A stretch of DNA of 64,000 bases, taken from assembly GCA_040386535.1 (NCBI GenBank), contig JAZKFH010000013.1, positions 514,827 through 578,826 on the forward strand, read 5' to 3'. Under the pieces are notes generated by a model that was given only the letters and a program-made list of their open reading frames with translations, was not told the origin of the DNA and did not search any database. Both the position numbers and the translations under genes were made by a program. Every line of letters starts with the position of its first letter. Position 1 is the stretch's first letter. Below are positions 58,416-64,000 of the stretch, in pieces. This DNA is from Myxococcota bacterium (GTDB lineage Bacteria > Myxococcota_A > UBA796 > SXON01).

Positions 58416-59537
58416 CTACTCCGCGAAGGGGTCCACATAGGCGGCGTTGGCGACGAATTCCTCGTCGTTCAGCGCGTCGAGGAAGGCGAGGAGCTCGGCC
58501 TTCTCGGTGTCGGTGAGCGCGAGCGGCTTGACCAGCGGGTGTTTGTACGGGTTCTCGGCGCCGACGCCCGCGTAGTCGCCCTCGGCGATCGTGCGCCCGC
58601 CGTCATTGTAGTGCTCCAGCACGTCAACCAGCGTCGCGATGCTGCCGTCGTGCATGTACGGCGCGGTCCAACGCAAGTTGCGTAGGGTGGGGGAGCGGAA
58701 GCGGCCCATGTCCTCGGGATCGCCGGTGGTGGCGTACAGGCCCGGGTTCTCGGGCGGGTAGGCGCCGGTGCCGCCGATGTTGTAGAGGCCCGTGTTGAAG
58801 AACGCGAGCTCGGTGGTGGGGGCCGACGCGCTCACGAACGACGCGGAGAACGTGGGCCCGGCGTGGCAGTGGTAACACTCGGTGGTCTCGCCGAAGAACA
58901 GTGCCATTCCGCGGCGGGCCTCGGCGGTCATCGCGGCGGTGTCCCCCGCGGCGTAGCGGTCGTAGGGCGCGGCGGCGCCGGTGAGCCCGCGCACGAACGT
59001 GGCGAGGCCGTAGACGACGTTCTCGACGGAGACCGGCGCGTCGTCATCCGGGAAGGCCGCGGCGAACAGCGGATCGTAGAGGGGGTCGGCTTCGATCCGG
59101 GCGAGCGCGTCCGCCTCTTTTCCGGTGAGGCCGAGCTCCGTGGGGAACTCGGCGAACATCGGCACGAGGATCTGCTCTTCGAGCGAGGTCAGCGCGGGGT
59201 TGGGCCATGTGTAGGTGGCGTTCCAGGCCACGTTCACCAGCGCCATCGAATTCCGTGGCACGATGTCGCCGGTGGAGCCGACGGGCGTGATCTCCCCGTC
59301 CGCGAAGGCGATGGTTGGATCGTGGCAGTCCGAGCACGCTTGGGTCTCGTTGCCGGAGAGCCGTGTGTCATAGAACAGGTGCCGGCCCAACTCGAACTTC
59401 TCGGGGGTGGCGGGGTTTTCCGCGGGGACGTTCGGCTCGGGGAAGCCCGCCGGCAGCGGCAGCCCCCACGCGGGAACGGCGGCCGTATCGTCCTTGATCG
59501 TGGGGTCACACGCGGCGAGGACGACGAGGAGCATCAT
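58416..59537 (-). CDS. mbnH: MbnH-like diheme enzyme (bCcP/MauG superfamily), lipoprotein
   Basis: LGRHLFYDTRLS, CSDCH, CYHCH, FRSPTLRN, PYMHDGS; downstream of mbnP-like gene. Confidence 0.82.
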   Translation of the reverse strand: MMLLVVLAACDPTIKDDTAAVPAWGLPLPAGFPEPNVPAENPATPEKFELGRHLFYDTRLSGNETQACSDCHDPTIAFADGEITPVGSTGDIVPRNSMALVNVAWNATYTWPNPALTSLEEQILVPMFAEFPTELGLTGKEADALARIEADPLYDPLFAAAFPDDDAPVSVENVVYGLATFVRGLTGAAAPYDRYAAGDTAAMTAEARRGMALFFGETTECYHCHAGPTFSASFVSASAPTTELAFFNTGLYNIGGTGAYPPENPGLYATTGDPEDMGRFRSPTLRNLRWTAPYMHDGSIATLVDVLEHYNDGGRTIAEGDYAGVGAENPYKHPLVKPLALTDTEKAELLAFLDALNDEEFVANAAYVDPFAE

Positions 59538-60028
59538 GGGAAGGCCACACGCTTGACCGGGGTGTGACAGTGGTTGCACGCGCCCGATGTGGTCGGCCAC
59601 GGCATCGCGTTGACCAGCGTGCCCTCGCTGTCGTGCACGGTCGGGAACAGGTTCGCGTCGGGATAACCCATGTCCGCGGTCGTGTAGAAGTTGCCGTACG
59701 CGTCGATGGGGACCACGCCCACCTCGTTGCCCACTCCCGGCCCGCCGTCCCACAAGCGGATCGAGCCCGCGGAGGCGAGCGTCCCGTCCGCCTCGTAGGC
59801 GGTGCCCGCCACTGTGAACAGCCCGCGGCCCGGCCCGTGCGCCTGGTGACACGACTGGCACGATTGGCCGGCGTTGTGGCTGATGGTGGCGCCGGGGGTG
59901 CTCTCGAGGTCGACATCCAGCGCGGGATCGCGCTCGTAGCGCGGATCGCCGATGGGGATGATCGCGGGGGTGCCGGTGTCGTCGCTGCCAGTGCCGGCGC
60001 ATGCGAGGAGGAGTGTCAGCACCATCAC
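59534..60028 (-). CDS. Small diheme c-type cytochrome lipoprotein
   Basis: LLAC lipobox; HNAGQSCQSCH and CNHCH; overlaps both neighbours (start GTG 60028 or ATG 60025). Confidence 0.78.
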   Translation of the reverse strand: MMVLTLLLACAGTGSDDTGTPAIIPIGDPRYERDPALDVDLESTPGATISHNAGQSCQSCHQAHGPGRGLFTVAGTAYEADGTLASAGSIRLWDGGPGVGNEVGVVPIDAYGNFYTTADMGYPDANLFPTVHDSEGTLVNAMPWPTTSGACNHCHTPVKRVAFP

Positions 60029-60852
60029 AGGGACTCCACCGTGAACACGTCGGCCGCGGGCGCCGTGGTCGAGGCCTCCCAGGGCAGGCCGAGGTGGGCG
60101 AGGATCGTGTCACATTCGCCGTCCCCCGTGAACGCCATGCACCCCGACACAAAATCGGTCACGTTGTCGGGCGGCGCGTCCAGGTCGGAGTCCCCATAGA
60201 ACGTGGCGAGATCGTAGACGACGCGCGACTCACCGGGGTGGAATTCCGCGAGTTCGATCGTGGGAAGATTGTCCTTGGCGCACTCGTAGCCGCTCGCGGC
60301 GTCTCCCACGCAGTCGGTCGCGCCGAGGTGGAAGTAGAAGGCGGGGTTGGTCGGCGTCGCCACGTCGATGCGGGCGTATTTGTAGCCGCCGGCCCACGAC
60401 CACCACAGCCCCGTGACGTTGAGAGGGGGCGCGCTGGTGGCGGCGTCCAGGTGGTTCTGCTCGGGGGGCACGCCCATCGTGAAACGCAGCGCGTGCCAGT
60501 CGCCCTCGGGCACGGTGCCGGTGACGACGTTCCGCGTGGCGGGCGAGCCGGTCTCGCAGGACGCCGAACCGTCTTCGAAGTCGAGCAGCGCGAGGTTGTC
60601 GCGCTGCCACACGCCGTCCTGGTCGAGCCTGACGAGGGCCTCCGTGCCGTCCTCCGCGATCAGGGTCACGTCGTACACGTAGAAGCGCGCGTCGAGCGCC
60701 TCGACCGTGGTGGCGCTGGTGCCGACGCCCTCGTAGTCGATGCCGCAGCCGAAGTCCTCGTTGCCCATGCGGAGCGCGAAGGGGATCTCGACGGACATCT
60801 CGGCGGGCTTCTTCTCGTCATCAACGCAGGCGAGCAGCAGGGCGAACAACAT
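60025..60852 (-). CDS. mbnP: MbnP family copper-binding lipoprotein
   Basis: DARFYV, LLDFEDG, LRFTMGVP..QNH, WSWAGGYKY (WxW), FHLGATDC. Confidence 0.85.
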   Translation of the reverse strand: MLFALLLACVDDEKKPAEMSVEIPFALRMGNEDFGCGIDYEGVGTSATTVEALDARFYVYDVTLIAEDGTEALVRLDQDGVWQRDNLALLDFEDGSASCETGSPATRNVVTGTVPEGDWHALRFTMGVPPEQNHLDAATSAPPLNVTGLWWSWAGGYKYARIDVATPTNPAFYFHLGATDCVGDAASGYECAKDNLPTIELAEFHPGESRVVYDLATFYGDSDLDAPPDNVTDFVSGCMAFTGDGECDTILAHLGLPWEASTTAPAADVFTVESL

Positions 60853-60959
60853 GGGGGGAGGCTCCAGGTGCCAGCTTTACGCGCTACGGCCGAACGCTCA
60901 ACGTGGCAAGGGATCGAAGTGCGTGCCGACGGCCGCGTTCCTCTTCCATACCACCGGAT

Positions 60960-62321
60960 TCACACCACCTGCCGCACCCATCTGCCCTGCGCCGCGGCCG
61001 CGCCCTTGGTGAGCGCCTTGAGCACGCTCGTGGCGTTGATGGCCCACCAGACGCCCGCCGCGCCCCATCCCAACGGAAAGGCGAGGGCGAACCCGAGCGG
61101 GATGCGGAGGAGGTTCAGGGGCGCCGAGAGCCAGAAGATGGTGCGCGTGGCGCCGGCGCCGGCCAGGATGCCCTCGGCCAGCGCCTCCCAGGCCACGAAG
61201 ACCTGCGTGAGCCCGAGGATGCGCGCGTAGGTCACGGCCGCGTCGAGCACGGCCGGATCGTCGGTGAAGGGCGCGCACAGCGGCTCGGCGCCGAACCAGA
61301 AGAGGGCGCCCGCCCCGAGCCCCAGCGCTGTCGCCATCGGGAAGCCGAGCCGGGCCGCCCGCAGCGCCCCCTCAGGCCGCCCGGCGCCGAGCTCCCGCCC
61401 CACGAGGCTCGCCACCCCGAGCGAAACTCCGAGGAACATCGGGTACGTGAACCCTTCGAGCGCGGAGAAGCCGATGCCGAGCGCGGCGTTCACGTGGGGG
61501 CCGAGCGGCGAGATGGTCGTGCGGAGCAGCGTCGCGTACACGCCCGCGTAGAACAACGTGTTGATCGTGATCGGCGCGCCGATCCGCATCACGCGCCAGA
61601 GCGTGGCGCCGATGGCGAAGTCGGAGAGCCGCGGCTTGAATTCGCCCACGAGCACGTACACGCCCACGCCGACGGTCAGGAACCGCGACAGGCACGTGGC
61701 GAGGCCCGTTCCCGCGATGCCCATGCCGAACACGTCGATGAACAGCGGGTTGAGCAGCGCGTTGAGTACCGCCGCCGCGATCTGCAGCGCCATCATCGCG
61801 CCCGTGCGGCCGATGGCGACGAAGAACGCGTCGATCAGGGGGTGCACCGCGAGCGGGATGCCGCCGATGGCGAGCGTGCGCAGGAACACGGCGGCGTCCG
61901 CGGCGACCTCGCCCTTCAACCCGAGCCCGGCCGCGATCAGGTCGGCCCCGATGAGCACGATCACGCCGAGCCCCACGCCGAGCAGCGCCGACCCGGTGAG
62001 CGACGCGCCGAACACGCGTCGACGCAGCGCCTCGTCCCCCGCGCCGGTGGCCCGCGCCATCAGCGGCCCCGCCCCGCCGCTCACCAGCGCGTACACCGCC
62101 CACGCCGCGATGAGCACGAACGTACACGAGCCGATCGCGGCTTGCGCGGACGTGCCGATCGCGCCCGCGGCGTACTGATCGATGACACGAAACGCGTTGT
62201 TGAGCACCGCCGAGGCCGCGGCGGGCGCGGCGAGGCGGAACAACATGCCACGGGTGACGACGTGGGCGCCCGCGGTGGTTCCCGTGTCGGGTAGGGTCGC
62301 GGGGGAGGGGGCCTGGGGCAC
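60960..62321 (-). CDS. MATE family efflux transporter
   Basis: About 12 TM; LAAPA...ID, LNALLNPLFI..FGMGIAG, IGAP, LGWGAAGVW. Confidence 0.9.
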   Translation of the reverse strand: MPQAPSPATLPDTGTTAGAHVVTRGMLFRLAAPAAASAVLNNAFRVIDQYAAGAIGTSAQAAIGSCTFVLIAAWAVYALVSGGAGPLMARATGAGDEALRRRVFGASLTGSALLGVGLGVIVLIGADLIAAGLGLKGEVAADAAVFLRTLAIGGIPLAVHPLIDAFFVAIGRTGAMMALQIAAAVLNALLNPLFIDVFGMGIAGTGLATCLSRFLTVGVGVYVLVGEFKPRLSDFAIGATLWRVMRIGAPITINTLFYAGVYATLLRTTISPLGPHVNAALGIGFSALEGFTYPMFLGVSLGVASLVGRELGAGRPEGALRAARLGFPMATALGLGAGALFWFGAEPLCAPFTDDPAVLDAAVTYARILGLTQVFVAWEALAEGILAGAGATRTIFWLSAPLNLLRIPLGFALAFPLGWGAAGVWWAINATSVLKALTKGAAAAQGRWVRQVV

Positions 62322-62398
62322 GGGCGCGGTGTATCGCGGGGCGCGGGCGACGTGATCGGGGAGGCGATCGCGGGTGGCGGCGCGATACGGAGCGCCGC

Positions 62399-63790
62399 AT
62401 GCCGTTGACCCCTCGTTACCTCCCCGATCCCCGCTACTCCTCGCTCGGCGAGGGCTTTGCCGACCCCGTGCCCGCCGCCCGCTTTCCGAAGCGCATCCTC
62501 CGGTTCCGTAACGACCGCCACGCCGCGCACGTCGGCCTCGACACCCTCACGGACCCCGAGTGGGAAGCCGCGTTCGCCCGCTTCGAGCCGCTCCCCGGCA
62601 ACCTTCCCGGCCCGCTGGCGCTCCGCTACCACGGCCACCAGTTCCACAGTTACAACCCCGGCCTCGGCGACGGCCGCGGCTTCCTGTTCGCCCAGCTCCG
62701 CGACGATCGCGGCCGCCTGCTCGATCTTGGCACCAAGGGCAGCGGCACCACCCCCTGGTCCCGCGGCGGCGACGGCCGGCTCACCCTCAAGGGCGGCGTG
62801 CGCGAGATCCTCGCGACGGAGCTGCTCGAGGCGCTCGGCGTCGACACCTCCAAGACCTTCAGCCTCTACGAGACCGGCGAGGACCTCTGGCGCGGCGACG
62901 AGCCCTCGCCCACCCGCTCCTCCGTCATGGTGCGCCTGTCCCACTCCCACATCCGCTTCGGCACCTTCCAACGCCTCGCCGCCTACCGCGATCGTGCCCG
63001 CATGGAGCGGCTCCTGGCCTATGCGATCGAGCAATATCACCCCGGAGTGGTGGGGCCGGCCGCGTTCCTGTCGGCGGTTGCCACGAAAATGGGGATCACC
63101 TGTGGGCGGTGGATGGTCGCGGGGTTCGTGCACGGCGTGCTCAACACCGACAACATGAACATCACCGGCGAGAGCTTCGACTACGGCCCCTGGCGTTTCC
63201 TCCCCGAGGCCGACCCCGAGTTCACCGCCGCCTACTTCGACTATGGCGGCCTGTACGCCTACGGCCGCCAGCCCATGGCCGTGCGCTGGAACCTCGAGCA
63301 GCTCGCGGTCGCGTTGGCTACGCTCGGCGAGCCATTGGAGGGGGCGCTCGACGGGTACAACCTGGCGGTCTTCGAGGGGATGCGCACCGGGCTCCTACGC
63401 AGGCTCGGGCTCGCGTCCGCCGGCGAGGCCGCCGACACCGCGCTGGTGCAGGCGTGGTTCGCGTTCGCCGAGAAGAGCCGGGCGCCGTTCGACCAGATCT
63501 TCTTCGATTGGTACGGGGGGTTGGCTAGTAAGAGGACCGTGCGGTCGCCTTGTGCTTCCGCCTATGAAGGGGAGGGGTTCGCCGCGGTGCGGGATGTGCT
63601 CGGGGCGTTCGTTCCCGTGGCGCCTGAGCGCTTGGCGGACCCGTATTGGGAGCGCGAGCGGCCGGTCGATTTGCGCATCGAGACGGTCGAGGCGCTGTGG
63701 GATGCCATTGCGTACAAGGATGATTGGGGGCCCCTGAATGCGCATGTGGCGGGGATTCGGGGGTTGGGGGATTTGTTGGCTACGGACTGA
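62399..63790 (+). CDS. selO: Protein adenylyltransferase SelO/YdiU family
   Basis: YHGHQF, LGDGRG, KGSGTTPWSRGGDGR, RFGTF, GFVHGVLNTDN, FDYGP. Confidence 0.93.
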   Translation: MPLTPRYLPDPRYSSLGEGFADPVPAARFPKRILRFRNDRHAAHVGLDTLTDPEWEAAFARFEPLPGNLPGPLALRYHGHQFHSYNPGLGDGRGFLFAQLRDDRGRLLDLGTKGSGTTPWSRGGDGRLTLKGGVREILATELLEALGVDTSKTFSLYETGEDLWRGDEPSPTRSSVMVRLSHSHIRFGTFQRLAAYRDRARMERLLAYAIEQYHPGVVGPAAFLSAVATKMGITCGRWMVAGFVHGVLNTDNMNITGESFDYGPWRFLPEADPEFTAAYFDYGGLYAYGRQPMAVRWNLEQLAVALATLGEPLEGALDGYNLAVFEGMRTGLLRRLGLASAGEAADTALVQAWFAFAEKSRAPFDQIFFDWYGGLASKRTVRSPCASAYEGEGFAAVRDVLGAFVPVAPERLADPYWERERPVDLRIETVEALWDAIAYKDDWGPLNAHVAGIRGLGDLLATD

Positions 63791-64000
63791 TACGCGGGCG
63801 CCCGGGCGGGTCGGCTTCAGGCTCGCGCGCTTTGCGCTCGGTCCGCCCGCGCGGACGCGGTCGGGACCGGCCGGCGGGGCCGGCCGCCTTGCGCGCCCCT
63901 GGCGCGGGGAGGGGGGGGGGCGGGGGCGGTAGTCGGGGCGTTCACCGACACACGGACAGCCCTCGACGAACCTCACTCAGCAGTCAAGCTCCCACGCGGC

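Noticed and set aside
58416..62321. Methanobactin biosynthetic cluster
   Set aside because: No precursor peptide or MbnB/MbnC; only mbnP/mbnH-like genes and a generic MATE
63795..63930. GC-rich palindromic stretch and G10 run after selO
   Set aside because: Non-coding; hairpins are expected at this GC; only loose similarity to 54845-54893, not enough to call a REP element, ncRNA or phase-variation tract

Overview
High-GC (roughly 70% by eye) bacterial chromosomal segment, densely coding, with about 55 genes. The gene set suggests a Myxococcota/deltaproteobacterial lineage (inference from the MXAN_5808-like S41 peptidase, the atypical UPRTase beside hpt and the Asp/Thr-rich lipoproteins). Contents in order: heme cluster (hemE-hemN-hemY/G-hemA-hemC-hemL) coupled to a two-component system; a MoxR-type AAA+/vWA pair; BI-1/YccA protein; TPP enzyme divergent from a Tat subunit + GMC oxidoreductase; cysC; stand-alone CoaB-like gene; nucleoside salvage genes (PNP, cdd, hpt, upp) with rnd and ridA; HU; PBP1A; S41 peptidase; TonB receptor + lipoprotein; PrsW; grxD; AmpG; uvrA; sulfotransferase + divergent malate synthase; two cNMP-binding proteins; MBOAT + SGNH protein; azoR; RIO kinase; PhyH dioxygenase; CotH; an mbnP-diheme cytochrome-mbnH trio; MATE; selO. 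I recognised no rRNA, tRNA, CRISPR or IS element. The best signal is an A9 run (T9 at 9907-9915), followed by a long hairpin, exactly where the AAA+ reading frame meets the -1 frame of a vWA ORF that has no good start of its own. This is a candidate programmed frameshift/slippage site making both a free AAA+ ATPase and an AAA+-vWA fusion from one gene; a homopolymer sequencing error is the alternative. All calls come from motif recognition only, with no database searches.
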